A stretch of 64,000 bases of DNA, taken from contig CP072532.1 of NCBI GenBank assembly GCA_021730225.1, positions 19,230 through 83,229 on the forward strand, written 5' to 3'. A program made the translations under genes and the position numbers. The DNA comes from Candidatus Vesicomyidisocius sp. Agig_15_S12 (GTDB lineage Bacteria; Pseudomonadota; Gammaproteobacteria; PS1; Pseudothioglobaceae). Under the pieces are notes generated by a model that was not told where the DNA came from, did no database searches, and was given only the letters and a program-made list of their open reading frames with translations. Shown piece by piece: positions 50,791 to 63,102 of this stretch (its first letter is position 1; each line of letters opens with the position of its first letter).

Positions 50791-51786
50791 ATGGCAATAA
50801 AAATAGGTATTAATGGTTTTGGTCGTATTGGTCGCATGGTATTTCGTGCAATCGCAAAAGATTTCCCAGAATTAGAGGTAGTCGGTATTAACGATTTATT
50901 AGAGAATAATTATTTAGCATATATGCTTAAATATGATACAGCTCATGGTCGTTTTGATGATGATATTACAGTTGATAGTGATAACTTCTTTATTAACGGT
51001 AAAAAAATTCGCTTGTCAGCTGCACACGATCCTGCTAACCTTTTATGGGGAGATATTGATGTAGATGTAGTAATTGATTGTACTGGTTTTTTCTTAACTA
51101 AAGAATCTTGTCAATCGCATATTGCTGCAGGTGCAAAAAAAGTGGTTCAATCAGCACCATCTAAAGATGATACACCAATGTTTGTTTATGGTGTAAATCA
51201 CACCGAATATTCGGGTCAAGCTATTATTTCAGCGGCATCTTGTACCACAAATTGTCTTGCACCAATAGCTAAAGTAATTAATGATAATTGGGGCTTAAAG
51301 CGTGGTTTAATGACAACAATTCATGCATCAACAGCAACACAAAAAACAGTTGATAGTCCTTCAATGAAAGATTGGAGAGGTGGTCGTTCGGTATTTGAGA
51401 ATATCATTCCTTCATCAACAGGCGCTGCTAAAGCAGTAGGTGTTGTATTGCCAGAACTTAATGGTAAGTTAACAGGTATGGCATTTCGTATTCCATCAGT
51501 TGATGTTTCAGTTGTTGATTTAACTTGTGAGTTAAACAAAAGTACAACTTATGAACAAATTTTTGACGCTATGAAAGAGGCTTCACAAGGATCAATGAAG
51601 GGTACGTTGGCCTATACTCGAGATGCAGTGGTTTCAAGTGATTTTCGTGGTTTTAGCGCTTCTTCAATTTTTGATTATGATGCAGGTATTGCCTTGGATG
51701 ATACGTTTGTTAAAGTTGTATCTTGGTATGATAATGAGTATGGCTATACCTGTAATATGCTTCGCTTAGTTGGATATGTTGCTTAA
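50791..51786 (+). CDS. gap: Glyceraldehyde-3-phosphate dehydrogenase, type I
   Basis: [43 protein letters not shown]. Confidence 0.99.
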   Translation: MAIKIGINGFGRIGRMVFRAIAKDFPELEVVGINDLLENNYLAYMLKYDTAHGRFDDDITVDSDNFFINGKKIRLSAAHDPANLLWGDIDVDVVIDCTGFFLTKESCQSHIAAGAKKVVQSAPSKDDTPMFVYGVNHTEYSGQAIISAASCTTNCLAPIAKVINDNWGLKRGLMTTIHASTATQKTVDSPSMKDWRGGRSVFENIIPSSTGAAKAVGVVLPELNGKLTGMAFRIPSVDVSVVDLTCELNKSTTYEQIFDAMKEASQGSMKGTLAYTRDAVVSSDFRGFSASSIFDYDAGIALDDTFVKVVSWYDNEYGYTCNMLRLVGYVA

Positions 51787-52235
51787 TTTATTAAAGATAC
51801 GTCCTGGTATTGCTTGCCAGTTGTATTTTTATGTTATATTTATATATGGAAGATTTACAACTGAATTTTGGTTAGTTTGATTGGGAAATTAAAATAAGTT
51901 ATTACAAATAATCAGGTTAGTATTTTAGATATATTTGATATTAAACATATACTAGAAATAAAGACTAAAAAAATAGCAGAGGAGTGTTGCGTATTTAAAA
52001 TTTGCAATCTAAAAGTAGCAGAAGATATTTTTGAAAAAGATATCAATTTAGTTACAATGTTGTTGTGTTGAATTTCGGTATATACTCAGAATAATATTAC
52101 TAAAGTTGGGTTAGTATTACTATCTAAATAAATTATTCAACTATCGAATGCCAATGTATTATTGTCGTTAGTTGAGCTTGTTGAAGAAATCTGATTAACA
52201 TTGTTGATCAGACTGTTGAATATAGGAGAATTATT

Positions 52236-53414
52236 ATGTCAATTATTAATTTATCAGATTTAGATTTAAACTCAAAACGAGTGTTAATTCGTCAAGATCT
52301 TAATGTACCGATTTCTAATGGTGTTGTTACGAGTGATAAGCGTATCAAAGCTTCATTACCAACTATTAAAATGGCTTTGAAGCAAGGCGCTAAAGTGATG
52401 TTAATGTCACATCGTGGTCGTCCAATTGAAGGTGATCCAAGTGATGGATTTAGTCTGCAACCTGTTGCAGATCGTTTGAGTGAGTTATTAAACACTACAG
52501 TACGTTTAGAAAAAGATTGGTTGGATGGTATTGAGATGAACAATGGCAAAGTAGTGCTTTGTGAAAATGTTCGCTTTAACGTCGGTGAAATGGTTAATGA
52601 TGATGAGTTATCTAAGCGTATGGCGGCTATTTGTGATATTTTCGTGATGGATGCATTTGGTACTGCACATCGTGTGCAGGCATCTACTTATGGTGTTGCT
52701 AAATATGCACCTATTGCTTGTTCTGGTCCATTATTATCGGAAGAGCTTAATGCGCTTGGTAAGGCGTTAGATAATCCCAAACGCCCAATGGTTGCAATTG
52801 TTGGAGGCTCTAAAGTTTCAACAAAATTGACTGTGCTTGAGTCGTTATCCAAGATAGTGGATCAACTAGTTGTAGGTGGCGGTATTGCTAATACTTTTAT
52901 TGCAGCCCAGGGCTTTAACGTGGGTAAATCTTTATGTGAGTACGATTTAATTCCAATAGCTAAAAGACTTATGGAAGATTGTGAAATTCCAGTATCAAAA
53001 GATGTTGTATGTGGTAAGGAATTTTCAGATGTTGCTAAGGCTGAAACTAAAGCATCAAAAGATGTTGCTGATGATGATATGATTTTTGATATTGGCCCTG
53101 AATCTGCTCAGCAGTTAGCTGATATTATGAGAAATGCAGGTACGATTGTATGGAACGGTCCAGTTGGTGTGTTTGAGTTTGATCAATTTGCTGGTGGCAC
53201 AGAAACGTTAGGTAAAGCGATTGCTGAGTCTAATGCATTTTCAATTGCTGGTGGTGGTGATACATTAGCTGCTGTTGATAAATACGGGATCGAGGATAAA
53301 ATAAGTTATATTTCAACAGGCGGGGGCGCATTCTTAGAATTTCTTGAGGGTAAAAAATTACCAGCAGTAGAAGTTTTAGAACGAAGAGCTTCAGAGGTTA
53401 TAAAACTTGCCTAG
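52236..53414 (+). CDS. pgk: Phosphoglycerate kinase
   Basis: [59 protein letters not shown]. Confidence 0.99.
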   Translation: MSIINLSDLDLNSKRVLIRQDLNVPISNGVVTSDKRIKASLPTIKMALKQGAKVMLMSHRGRPIEGDPSDGFSLQPVADRLSELLNTTVRLEKDWLDGIEMNNGKVVLCENVRFNVGEMVNDDELSKRMAAICDIFVMDAFGTAHRVQASTYGVAKYAPIACSGPLLSEELNALGKALDNPKRPMVAIVGGSKVSTKLTVLESLSKIVDQLVVGGGIANTFIAAQGFNVGKSLCEYDLIPIAKRLMEDCEIPVSKDVVCGKEFSDVAKAETKASKDVADDDMIFDIGPESAQQLADIMRNAGTIVWNGPVGVFEFDQFAGGTETLGKAIAESNAFSIAGGGDTLAAVDKYGIEDKISYISTGGGAFLEFLEGKKLPAVEVLERRASEVIKLA

Positions 53415-54849
53415 AAGAACTAAAATATTAGCGACACTTGGTCCTGCAACTGATAAAGAAGGTGTATTAGTTAGTATTCTTGAGGCTGGTGTTAATGTTG
53501 TGCGCATTAATTTTTCACATGGTTCGGAGAAAGAACATTTGAATAGAGTTAAGGCAGTACGCGCTTGGGCAGAAGCTAATCAAACTTATGTGGGTGTTTT
53601 GATGGATCTTCAAGGTCCTAAAATCCGTATTGCTGCTTTTAAAGGCGGTATAAAGATTCAGTTGAATAATGGAGATACTTTTGCACTTGATGCTGATTTA
53701 GATGAAAACTTAGGTAATAAATATTCGGTGGGTATTGCATATAAAAAATTACCCCAAGAAGTTCAACTTGGTAGTATTTTACTTCTCGATGATGGAAAAA
53801 TAATACTGAAAGTTACTGATATTAAAGGTAATAAAATTAATACCAATGTGGTTCAAGGTGGTATTTTGTCAGATAAAAAAGGAATTAATCTTCGTGGTGG
53901 GGGTTTATCTGCTAATGCACTAACTAAAAAAGATAAAAAAGATATTTTAATTGTAGCAAAAGCTAAAGCAGATTATGTGGCTTTATCATTTCCAGTTAGT
54001 GGTGATGATGTACGCGAAATTAAGAAATTATTAAAACAGGTAGATTGTGATGCTGGTGTAATTTCAAAAATTGAACGTGCTGAATCCTTAGTAGAAAGCG
54101 TTATTTTAGATATTATCAGAGAATCAGTGGGAATTATGGTGGCGCGAGGTGATTTAGGTGTTGAAATTGGTGATGCACAATTACCTGCACAACAAAAACG
54201 TTTAATTAAGTTAGCTAGATCAAATAATCGAATAGTTATTACCGCAACACAAATGTTAGAATCAATGATTATTAATCCAATCCCAACTCGAGCTGAGGTT
54301 TTTGATGTTGCTAATGCAGTATTAGATGGTACTGATGCAGTAATGCTTTCAGCTGAAACAGCAGTAGGTAATTTTCCTGGGAATGCTGTTAAAGCCATGC
54401 ACGATGTTTGTATTGAAGCTGAAAAAAATCCAATTGCTAAAATATCTCATCATCGTCTTGATGAAACCTTTACTTATATTGATGAAACCATTGCTATGAG
54501 TGCAATGTATGCAGCTAATCATATGGGTGCTAGGGTGATTTCTACTTTAACAGAAGGCGGTAAAACCGCTATATGGATGTCAAGAATTAGTTCAGGTATT
54601 CCTATTGTAGCAATGTCTGATAAGATATCTACTTTGCAAAAGGCTACGCTTTATCGGGGAGTACATCCTTGTTTTTTGTCCACTAAAAAAGATTGGACAG
54701 AGATAAACAAGGCCGTTATTAAGCGTTTACAAATTGGAGATTTTGTTTATGATGGCGATACTGTTATATTAACTAAGGGTATGTATAAAAATAAGTCTGG
54801 TGGTACTAATCTAATGAAAATTTTGACAGTTGGCGATTCAGAGTATTAA
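53407..54849 (+). CDS. pyk: Pyruvate kinase
   Basis: [63 protein letters not shown] start overlaps the pgk 3' end. Confidence 0.98.
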   Translation: MPRRTKILATLGPATDKEGVLVSILEAGVNVVRINFSHGSEKEHLNRVKAVRAWAEANQTYVGVLMDLQGPKIRIAAFKGGIKIQLNNGDTFALDADLDENLGNKYSVGIAYKKLPQEVQLGSILLLDDGKIILKVTDIKGNKINTNVVQGGILSDKKGINLRGGGLSANALTKKDKKDILIVAKAKADYVALSFPVSGDDVREIKKLLKQVDCDAGVISKIERAESLVESVILDIIRESVGIMVARGDLGVEIGDAQLPAQQKRLIKLARSNNRIVITATQMLESMIINPIPTRAEVFDVANAVLDGTDAVMLSAETAVGNFPGNAVKAMHDVCIEAEKNPIAKISHHRLDETFTYIDETIAMSAMYAANHMGARVISTLTEGGKTAIWMSRISSGIPIVAMSDKISTLQKATLYRGVHPCFLSTKKDWTEINKAVIKRLQIGDFVYDGDTVILTKGMYKNKSGGTNLMKILTVGDSEY

Positions 54850-54924
54850 AATAAGAGTAAAAGTAGTTATATTTATATAAATAATACAGTAATAAACTTT
54901 AAGAAACTTAAAAAGGAGAAAAAT

Positions 54925-55986
54925 ATGTTAATTTCGTTAAGAGAATTATTAGATCATGCTGCAGCTAACAATTATGGTATGCCAGCATTTAATGTTAATA
55001 ATATGGAACAAGTTCATGCTATTATGAAAGCAGCAGATAAAACCAATAGTCCTGTGATTATGCAAGGTTCTGCTGGTGCACGAGGTTACGCAGGTGAACC
55101 GTTTTTACGTCATTTGATTTTAGCGGCAATTGAAATGTATCCACATATTCCAGTGGTTATGCATCAAGATCATGGTTCTGATCCATCTGTCTGTTTACGT
55201 TCAATTCAATCTGGCTTTTCATCAGTGATGATGGATGGTTCATTAGAGCCAGATATGAAAACGCCAGCTTCATTTAAGTATAATGTTAATGTGACTACTG
55301 AAGTTGTAAAAATAGCACACGCAGGCGGTGTTTCTGTTGAAGGTGAATTAGGTTGTCTAGGATCATTAGAAACTGGAATGATGGGTGAAGAAGATGGTCA
55401 TGGCGCTGAAGGTAAGTTAGACTTAGATATGTTGCTAACTTCAGTTGAAGAGGCTGCTGATTTTGTTAAATCAACTAATGTCGATGCATTAGCTATTGCT
55501 ATCGGCACCTCGCATGGTGCTTATAAATTTACCCAAGAACCAACGGGAGATGTGTTGCGTATTGATAGAATTAAAGAAATCCATGCACGTATTCCAAATA
55601 CTCATTTAGTGATGCATGGTTCTTCTTCAGTACCTCAAGATTGGTTAAAAATTATTAACAATTTTGGTGGTGATATGGGTCAAACTTATGGTGTTCCTGT
55701 AGAGGAAATTCAAGAAGGTATCAAGCACGGCGTACGTAAAGTTAATATTGATACTGATTTACGTATGGCATCGACTGGTGCGATTCGCAAACACCTAGGT
55801 GAAAATACATCAAACTTTGATCCACGTAAATTTTTAAAAGAAGCAACTAATGCGATGAGTGATATTTGTGTAGCGCGTTTTGAGGCATTTGGATCAGCAG
55901 GTAATGCTGATAAAATCATCGTATCTTCATTAGATACTATGAGTAAAAAATATCTTTCTATAGAGTTAGACTCTCAAGTAAAGTAG
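54925..55986 (+). CDS. fba: Fructose-bisphosphate aldolase class II (CbbA-type)
   Basis: [60 protein letters not shown]. Confidence 0.98.
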   Translation: MLISLRELLDHAAANNYGMPAFNVNNMEQVHAIMKAADKTNSPVIMQGSAGARGYAGEPFLRHLILAAIEMYPHIPVVMHQDHGSDPSVCLRSIQSGFSSVMMDGSLEPDMKTPASFKYNVNVTTEVVKIAHAGGVSVEGELGCLGSLETGMMGEEDGHGAEGKLDLDMLLTSVEEAADFVKSTNVDALAIAIGTSHGAYKFTQEPTGDVLRIDRIKEIHARIPNTHLVMHGSSSVPQDWLKIINNFGGDMGQTYGVPVEEIQEGIKHGVRKVNIDTDLRMASTGAIRKHLGENTSNFDPRKFLKEATNAMSDICVARFEAFGSAGNADKIIVSSLDTMSKKYLSIELDSQVK

Positions 55987-56002
55987 AGTTATAACAATTA
56001 AT

Positions 56003-56040
56003 AATAAACAGGGCTCGTTAAAAACGAGCCCTGTTTATTT
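56003..56040. terminator. Intrinsic, likely bidirectional, terminator after fba
   Basis: 17-bp perfect stem aataaacagggctcgtt / aacgagccctgtttatt with an aaa loop. Confidence 0.85.
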
Positions 56041-56052
56041 AAGTTGATAAAT

Positions 56053-57930
56053 ATGAAACAATCTAAGCGTTATTTAGTTATTGTTATTGGGGGGGGGCAT
56101 GCTGGTACAGAAGCGGCACTTGCGAGTGCACGTATGGGAGTTAGTACGTTGCTCATTTCTCATAATATTGAAACACTTGGACAAATGAGTTGCAATCCTG
56201 CAATTGGTGGGATTGGAAAAGGACATTTAGTTAAGGAAATTGATGCGATGGGCGGTATTATGGCACATGCGATTGATAAATCTGGGATTCAATTTCGTAC
56301 ATTAAATGCTTCAAAAGGCTCTGCAGTACGTGCTACTCGTGCACAGGCTGATCGTATTTTGTATAAGTCAGAGATTCGTTATGCTTTAGAAAATCAAGAT
56401 AATTTATCTTTATTCCAACAGTCAGTTGATGATTTAATTATTGAAGGAGGGCAAATTAAGGGTGTAGTGACTCAAATGGGGCTTGCTTTAATGGCAGATA
56501 AGGTTATTCTTACATCAGGTACTTTTTTAGGCGGTATTATCCATATTGGGCAACGTAATTTTCAAGGTGGTCGTGCAGGTGATGCACCTTCCAATACCCT
56601 GTCAATAAAATTACGTTCTTATGATTTAGGTGTTAATCGATTAAAAACGGGTACACCACCAAGATTAGATGGAAGAACATTGGATTATTCTCTCATGCAA
56701 GTACAACCAGGAGATATACCAATACCGACATTTTCATTTATAGGTGTTAAAGAAGAACATCCAAGACAAATTCCTTGCTATATTACTCATACTAACAACA
56801 GAACCCATGATTTAATTCGTAATGGATTAAAAGACTCACCTATTTTTACTGGAAATATAGAAAGTATTGGCCCGAGATATTGTCCATCTATTGAAGATAA
56901 AGTAGTGCGTTTTGATGAGCGTGATTCACATCAAATCTTTGTTGAACCTGAGGGACTGAGTACTAACGAGGTTTATCCAAACGGAGTTTCCACATCGTTA
57001 TCTTATAAAGTGCAACTAGATTTTATTAATTCCATTAAGGGATTTGAGAATGCACAAATTATACGTCCAGGCTATGCGATTGAATATGATTTTTTTGATC
57101 CTAGAGGATTAAAACAAACATTGGAAGTTAAAAAAATATCAGGATTGTATTTTGCTGGACAGATTAATGGCACTACAGGTTATGAAGAAGCAGCAGCTCA
57201 AGGTTTGTTAGCAGGCGTTAATGCTGCATGTGCTATATTAGAAAAAGATGTTTGGTTGCCAAAACGAGATGAGTCTTATATTGGCGTTATGGTAGATGAT
57301 TTAATTACAAAAGGTACTAATGAACCTTACCGAATGTTTACCTCTCGTGCTGAATATCGCCTATTATTAAGAGAGGATAATGCAGATGAGCGACTCACAC
57401 CTAAGGCTAAAGAACTTGGGTTAATTAGTGAGTCTCGTTGGCAGTCTTTTCAAGTTAAATATAAGGCTGTTGAACAAGAAAAAAAGCGTCTTAAAAATAC
57501 CTGGATACAAGCAAACGACACTCAAGCAAATACGATTTTAAATCAAAATATAAGTCATGAATATTCTTTATTTGAATTACTAAGACGACCGAAAGTTGAT
57601 TATCAAATATTAAGTAAAATAGAATCTGGTAAGCCGTTTTTAACGGATATTACTTTAATGAGAGTGATTGAAAATCAAATTAAATATGCTGGTTATATTA
57701 AGCGTCAACTAGTGGAGATTGAAAAATATCGTAAGAACGAAAATACAGTATTATCTACAAATATAAATTATAACTCAATTAAAGCACTTTCTGCTGAAGT
57801 TAGACAAAAACTTGAACTACATAAACCAGAGACTATTGGTCAAGCAAGCCGTATTCAAGGTGTCACTCCCGTTTCTATTTCTATTTTATTAGTTTATTTA
57901 AAAATACGCATTAGTCAAGATAAATGTTAA
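56053..57930 (+). CDS. mnmG: tRNA uridine-5-carboxymethylaminomethyl modification enzyme MnmG/GidA
   Basis: [70 protein letters not shown]. Confidence 0.99.
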   Translation: MKQSKRYLVIVIGGGHAGTEAALASARMGVSTLLISHNIETLGQMSCNPAIGGIGKGHLVKEIDAMGGIMAHAIDKSGIQFRTLNASKGSAVRATRAQADRILYKSEIRYALENQDNLSLFQQSVDDLIIEGGQIKGVVTQMGLALMADKVILTSGTFLGGIIHIGQRNFQGGRAGDAPSNTLSIKLRSYDLGVNRLKTGTPPRLDGRTLDYSLMQVQPGDIPIPTFSFIGVKEEHPRQIPCYITHTNNRTHDLIRNGLKDSPIFTGNIESIGPRYCPSIEDKVVRFDERDSHQIFVEPEGLSTNEVYPNGVSTSLSYKVQLDFINSIKGFENAQIIRPGYAIEYDFFDPRGLKQTLEVKKISGLYFAGQINGTTGYEEAAAQGLLAGVNAACAILEKDVWLPKRDESYIGVMVDDLITKGTNEPYRMFTSRAEYRLLLREDNADERLTPKAKELGLISESRWQSFQVKYKAVEQEKKRLKNTWIQANDTQANTILNQNISHEYSLFELLRRPKVDYQILSKIESGKPFLTDITLMRVIENQIKYAGYIKRQLVEIEKYRKNENTVLSTNINYNSIKALSAEVRQKLELHKPETIGQASRIQGVTPVSISILLVYLKIRISQDKC

Positions 57931-58110
57931 AGGACACTAGGTTTAATAGGCATGAAGTTTGAAAGTGAACAAGTTAATAAATTTATGAACTGTGTTACGT
58001 TGATTATGAATTGTAATTAGATTTACAATTTAAGCGCTATTAGAATCTTGGAACGATGTAATTTTATACAATTTGATAAATTTAATGATAATTAACAATC
58101 TTTAATTTGG
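57924..58110 (+). pseudogene. rsmG: Degraded, truncated 16S rRNA m7G527 methyltransferase RsmG/GidB
   Basis: ATG overlaps the mnmG end. Fragment LGLIGMKFESEQVNKFMNCVTLIMNCN*IYNLSAIR matches L..L.L.....Q...L..Y..LL.KWN..YNLTAIR; canonical mnmG-rsmG order. Confidence 0.8.
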
Positions 58111-58288
58111 TTAATTTTAGGTTGGAATCCTATCAGATTAAATCTTGCTTCAGATAGATTATTTTAATAGTCTTTTTAGAGGTTAAAAAATATTGAAATT
58201 AATGCAATAATTATTATGCGATAATGACTAATACTTGTTAATAAAAAGGAAGCAATATTTTAAGTAAAAGGAATTTATTAGGAGAAAA

Positions 58289-59089
58289 ATGAAAAAAATA
58301 GGGTATTTTTTAATAGGTTTAATTGTTATTTTAGTTCTTATTATGATGCTTGCATTTGACCTAATAGGCAAAAAATACGTACAAAAGTATGCACAAAATA
58401 TACTGAGAACACCGATAACTATTAGTCAATTTAGCAGTAGCTTTTGGGATAAGCGTCTAAATATTGATTTTATTGAAGTACAGAATCCACCAAATTTTAA
58501 TAATAAAAATGCTTTTTATTTAGATCACTTTGTATTAAAAATCGGTGATGATACCACTCTAGATTTAATTGTTATTGATGAGCTATCTTTTGATGGAATG
58601 CATTTTATTTTAGAGCAAAATAAGACTAACGTGAATTTAGTTACACTAATTGATAATTTAGATCAAAATAGTAATAATACCACTTTATCTTCATCTGAGA
58701 AAACTCAGGGCGTTATTGATAAAAGAATTAAGATTAATCAATTTAATGTTATTAATACCACATTAGAAATTGATACAAAATGGTTTAAAGAGACAATTAA
58801 AGTGCCTAATATTAACCTTCAAAAATTTGGGGGTAGCAGTGGTATTACATTTAGTAAAGTTGGTCAAGAATTGATGGAAATTGTGTTTAATAATTTAGAA
58901 GATACTTTAGAGAAAAAAGGTCTTGAATTAGGAGAGAAAGAAATCAAAGAAACTCTAATTCGAGGACTATGGATTGATAATATTCAAGAAAATTTTAAAT
59001 TGGATAAATTCAAAGAATCATTAGATTTTAGTAAAACTAAAAAGATACAAAATCAAGCTAAAGATTTATTTCAGAAATTTGGTTTTTAA
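58289..59089 (+). CDS. AsmA-like membrane-anchored hypothetical protein
   Basis: N-terminal TM helix followed by an AsmA-type beta-rich segment (IEVQNPPNF, IVIDELSFDG, NLVTL.DNL). Confidence 0.6.
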   Translation: MKKIGYFLIGLIVILVLIMMLAFDLIGKKYVQKYAQNILRTPITISQFSSSFWDKRLNIDFIEVQNPPNFNNKNAFYLDHFVLKIGDDTTLDLIVIDELSFDGMHFILEQNKTNVNLVTLIDNLDQNSNNTTLSSSEKTQGVIDKRIKINQFNVINTTLEIDTKWFKETIKVPNINLQKFGGSSGITFSKVGQELMEIVFNNLEDTLEKKGLELGEKEIKETLIRGLWIDNIQENFKLDKFKESLDFSKTKKIQNQAKDLFQKFGF

Positions 59090-59095
59090 TTAATT

Positions 59096-59866
59096 ATGCA
59101 AATAGTTGATTCGCACTGTCATCTTAATAAGTTAGATTTTGTTAAATTTGGGGGTAATATTGAGAGTGTAATCACTCATGCTAAAGAATTATCTGTTATA
59201 AAATTCTTGTGTGTGTGTATTGATTTAGAACATTTTGATGAGATATTATTTTTAGCGAAAAAATACCCACAAATTTATGCTTCAGTTGGTGTACATCCTG
59301 TTAATACAAAAGGTAAAGATCCAAGTATTTGTCAGCTTTTAAAATTAGCCAATTATGAAGAGGTTGTTGCTATTGGCGAAACTGGTTTAGATTATTTTCA
59401 TATTGAAAGAGCAATAGCTGATTGGCAACGAAATCGTTTTAGGCGGCATATTAGAGCTTCGAACCAATCAGGCAAGCCAATGATTATTCATACACGTAAC
59501 GCTAAAGAAGATACTATTAAGATTATGCAAGAGGAAAAAGCCAAACAAGGTGTAATGCATTGTTTCTCTGAAGATTGGGAAACTGCTCAGATGGCATTGG
59601 ATTTGGGTTTTTATATTTCTTTTTCTGGTACTATTACTTTTAAAAGTGCTAGAGATTTACGTGAAGTGGCAAAAAAAGTACCAAGTGATAAATTATTAGT
59701 TGAAACAGATTCTCCTTATTTAACACCTATGCCTTATAGAGGAACCTCTAACTTACCAGCTTATAGTTATTATGTTGCTGAGAAGTTAGCTGAAATTCGT
59801 GGTGTGAGTATTAATGATATAGCTAGTACAACTACAAGTAATTTTGAACAACTTTTTTTAACATGA
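59096..59866 (+). CDS. tatD: TatD family metallohydrolase/DNase (YcfH-like)
   Basis: IVDSHCHL, ASVGVHP, VAIGETGLDY, IIHTRNA, GVMHCFS, LLVETDSPYL. Confidence 0.93.
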   Translation: MQIVDSHCHLNKLDFVKFGGNIESVITHAKELSVIKFLCVCIDLEHFDEILFLAKKYPQIYASVGVHPVNTKGKDPSICQLLKLANYEEVVAIGETGLDYFHIERAIADWQRNRFRRHIRASNQSGKPMIIHTRNAKEDTIKIMQEEKAKQGVMHCFSEDWETAQMALDLGFYISFSGTITFKSARDLREVAKKVPSDKLLVETDSPYLTPMPYRGTSNLPAYSYYVAEKLAEIRGVSINDIASTTTSNFEQLFLT

Positions 59867-60777
59867 GTGTTAGTTTTAAAACTATTGATGAATTTTCACA
59901 AGGTCAACGTTTGGATAATTATTTATTTAAAACGCTTAAAGGCGTTCCTAAATCTCATATCTATAGAGTTATTCGTAAAGGTGAAGTACGTGTTAATAAA
60001 GGGAGAAAAAAATCAGAATATAAATTAAACTTAGACGACATAGTTCGTATCCCGCCAATTAAAGTGTCTACAACTAAGTTTATGTATACCACTTCAAATG
60101 GTTTAAAAAAAATATTAACCAATGCTATTTTATATGAGGACAAAGGGTTACTTATTATTAATAAACCAAGCGGTCTGGCGGTGCATAGTGGTTCTGGTGT
60201 TAATATTGGTGTTATTGAAGCGCTTCGGCAAATGTATAAAGAACCTATTGAGCTGGTGCACCGATTAGATAGCGCTACTTCTGGAGTTTTGTTAGTTGCT
60301 AAAAAGCGTCTAGTGTTAAAAAATTTGCATGAGCAACTGAACCAACATACCATAGAAAAACATTATATAGCTTTGGTGAAAGGGGTATGGTCAAAAAAAT
60401 TACACACTATTGATGCGCCACTATATAATAATTCAAGATATACAAAGGTAGATGTTAGGGGTAAATATTCAGTTAGTCATTTTTATCCACTTAAAAATTT
60501 TAGTACTGAGAATTTTGCTGCTTCATTGGTTAATATTAGTATTGAAACTGGTCGCACTCATCAAATCCGTGTACACGCAAAGTATGCTGGACATGCGCTG
60601 GCTTGTGATAATAAATATGGGGATAAAGAATTTGACAGACAAGTAAAATTTAAAGGTTTAAAAAGATTATTTTTGCACTCGAATCAACTTATTTTTATTA
60701 ATCCCTTGACGAGTGATATTCAAAAAGTGAACGCGCCTTTGCCGGTTGAATTAGAAGAGTTCTTAGCTAAATTATGA
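59863..60777 (+). CDS. rluC: 23S rRNA pseudouridine synthase, RluC-like
   Basis: GQRLDNYL..LKGVPKSHIYRVIRKGEVRVNKGR (S4-like), INKPSGLAVH, VHRLD..TSG, TGRTHQIRVH, RLFLHS. Confidence 0.92.
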   Translation: MSVSFKTIDEFSQGQRLDNYLFKTLKGVPKSHIYRVIRKGEVRVNKGRKKSEYKLNLDDIVRIPPIKVSTTKFMYTTSNGLKKILTNAILYEDKGLLIINKPSGLAVHSGSGVNIGVIEALRQMYKEPIELVHRLDSATSGVLLVAKKRLVLKNLHEQLNQHTIEKHYIALVKGVWSKKLHTIDAPLYNNSRYTKVDVRGKYSVSHFYPLKNFSTENFAASLVNISIETGRTHQIRVHAKYAGHALACDNKYGDKEFDRQVKFKGLKRLFLHSNQLIFINPLTSDIQKVNAPLPVELEEFLAKL

Positions 60778-61643
60778 GTTTTCATTTTAAGACTACTTCT
60801 TTGGTGGCGTATTTACGCCTAATGCGTTTGGACAATCCAATTGGTATTTATTTACTATTATGGCCAACATTATGGGCGTTATTTTTGGCATCAGAAGGGT
60901 TTCCTGATTTAAAATTATTATTAATTTTTGTTTTAGGTGTTGTCTTAATGCGATCAGCAGGTTGCGTGATTAATGATTATGCAGATAGATATATTGATAA
61001 ACTAGTAGAACGCACTAAGCATAGACCTATCGCCTCAGGCGAGATTCATCATAAATCTGCGCTTAAATTTTTTGTATTATTAATTATGTTGGCATTCTTA
61101 TTGGTATTATTAACTAACTGGCTAACTATCCAACTTGCTATGATAGCGGCGCTATTAGCAATTTTGTATCCATTTACTAAGCGTTGGACTCACTTTCCAC
61201 AGCTTGTGTTAGGCTTAGCATTTGCGATGAGTGTATTAATGGCTTTTTCAGCAACTCTTAATGAGATTCCAATTACTGCTTGGTATGTATTTGCAGCAAC
61301 AGTTGTTTGGACAGTAATTTATGATACGATGTATGCTATGGCTGATCGAGAAGAAGATTTAGAAATTGGAATCAAATCAAGCGCTATTTTATTTGCCAAA
61401 TTTGATAGATTAATCATTGGAATTTTACAAATTATATTTTTGCTAATTTTGATAAAAATATCAGATATTTTTAATCTAACTCTTTCTTATAATGTTACGT
61501 TATTTTTGGTTGTATTGTTAATGATTTATCATCAATATTTGATTAAAAGTAATGAAAACTATTCTTATTTACATGGATTTTTACATAATAATTATATAGG
61601 CATGGTAATTTTTGTAGGGATTATGCTATCTATTGGATTATAG
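60774..61643 (+). CDS. ubiA: 4-hydroxybenzoate octaprenyltransferase
   Basis: LMRLDNPIGIYLLLWP, RSAGCVINDYADR..D..VERTKHRP, YPFTKR, YDTMYAMADREED..IGIKS. Confidence 0.97.
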   Translation: MSFHFKTTSLVAYLRLMRLDNPIGIYLLLWPTLWALFLASEGFPDLKLLLIFVLGVVLMRSAGCVINDYADRYIDKLVERTKHRPIASGEIHHKSALKFFVLLIMLAFLLVLLTNWLTIQLAMIAALLAILYPFTKRWTHFPQLVLGLAFAMSVLMAFSATLNEIPITAWYVFAATVVWTVIYDTMYAMADREEDLEIGIKSSAILFAKFDRLIIGILQIIFLLILIKISDIFNLTLSYNVTLFLVVLLMIYHQYLIKSNENYSYLHGFLHNNYIGMVIFVGIMLSIGL

Positions 61644-62124
61644 ATATTCTAATGAATTAAATAAACTAAGCCTGATTGCAGGGACTGACATGGTAATAGA
61701 TTTATGTCTATCATATTATAGCTCTAATAAAAAAGACTCATGATTTGGTAAAGTATATATTTTAGTAATTATATTTCGATAATTGATACTTGTAATTTTG
61801 GTAAGATTTATGTTAATTGTAAGATTGTTTGACTTTGTATAGGTTTTTATAGCTTTAAAGATATGATTAATTTTTATGGTATTAAATTTAGTTAGACAAG
61901 CATAGTTGGTATTTGTATTCAATATTATTAAAGTTATATTATTTAGGAAGTACTTATTAAATTAATAGTAATTGACGGGTATTTAAAGAAAATAGCAACA
62001 AAAAAAGATATTAGTATTCATAAAAATCTTAGTTTTTTATAGGTTAACTGAGTTACAGTATAGCTATTAAGGTTAAGTTTAGTATTAATCTTAATAGCTT
62101 AACAAAAGAAGGTTTATTGGTTTT

Positions 62125-62940
62125 TTATATGCCTCGTAAAAGCTTATTTATACCTATTTTATGACGTGTTTTGGTATCTACTTGCTTAACGATCACTGCA
62201 CAATAAAGTGAATAAGTGCCATCTTTACTTGGTAGGTTTCCAGATACAACTACTGAACCAGAAGGGATGCGTCCATATGTAATTTTATTTGTTTTACGAT
62301 TGAATATTTTTGTGGATTGTCCAATATAAACCCCCATTGAAATAACAGCACCTTCTTCAACAATCACACCTTCCACAATTTCTGATCTAGCACCGATAAA
62401 ACAATTATCTTCAATAATTGTCGGACTTGCTTGTAATGGTTCCAATACTCCACCGATACCAACTCCTCCTGATAGGTGTACATTTTTACCGATCTGAGCA
62501 CATGACCCTACTGTTGCCCAAGTATCTATCATTGTGCCTGAGTCTACATAAGCACCAATATTGACATAACTTGGCATCATCACTGTATTTTTGGCAATAA
62601 AAGATCCATATCGTGCACTTGCTGGTGGAACTATACGAACACCTGCTTTATTGAATTCATCTATTGACATGTTAGCAAATTTAGAAGGTACTTTATCGAA
62701 GTATTGAGTGAACCCACCTTGCATAGGTATATTTTCTTCCAATCTAAAAGATAATAAGACTGCTTTTTTCAGCCATTCGTTAACCTTCCAATCACCTACA
62801 CTTTTCTGTTGTGCAATACGTGCTTTACCAGAATCAAGTAAATAAATGGCATCAGCAACGGCTTGTTTTACTTTTACATTGACTGTTTGTGGATTGAGAT
62901 TAGCTCTATCTTCAAAGGCTTTTTCAATAATATCTTTCAT
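62125..62940 (-). CDS. dapD: Tetrahydrodipicolinate N-succinyltransferase
   Basis: [65 protein letters not shown]. Confidence 0.98.
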   Translation of the reverse strand: MKDIIEKAFEDRANLNPQTVNVKVKQAVADAIYLLDSGKARIAQQKSVGDWKVNEWLKKAVLLSFRLEENIPMQGGFTQYFDKVPSKFANMSIDEFNKAGVRIVPPASARYGSFIAKNTVMMPSYVNIGAYVDSGTMIDTWATVGSCAQIGKNVHLSGGVGIGGVLEPLQASPTIIEDNCFIGARSEIVEGVIVEEGAVISMGVYIGQSTKIFNRKTNKITYGRIPSGSVVVSGNLPSKDGTYSLYCAVIVKQVDTKTRHKIGINKLLRGI

Positions 62941-63024
62941 GTTAAATTTTACCTAAATAAATTAAGAATTATATCAGTAATCATGCATTATTGATAAGCG
63001 GTGGATTTAAATTGTTGTAATTTT

Positions 63025-63038
63025 TTGATAAAAATTAA
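63025..63038 (+). promoter_or_regulatory. FNR-like box upstream of ccoG
   Basis: TTGAT-aaaa-ATTAA (1 mismatch to TTGAT-N4-ATCAA), about 65 nt upstream of the ccoG ATG. The AT-rich context raises the chance of a random match. Confidence 0.5.
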
Positions 63039-63102
63039 GAAAAAATTAGTATTAATGATATGATATTTAAAATATAAAATTCTTCCTATAAAGAGGTAAG
63101 AC

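Noticed and set aside
61716-61922. Assignment of this remnant to SixA or ComF
   Set aside because: Only a vague resemblance, with no RHG/RHA or other diagnostic motif; left unidentified.
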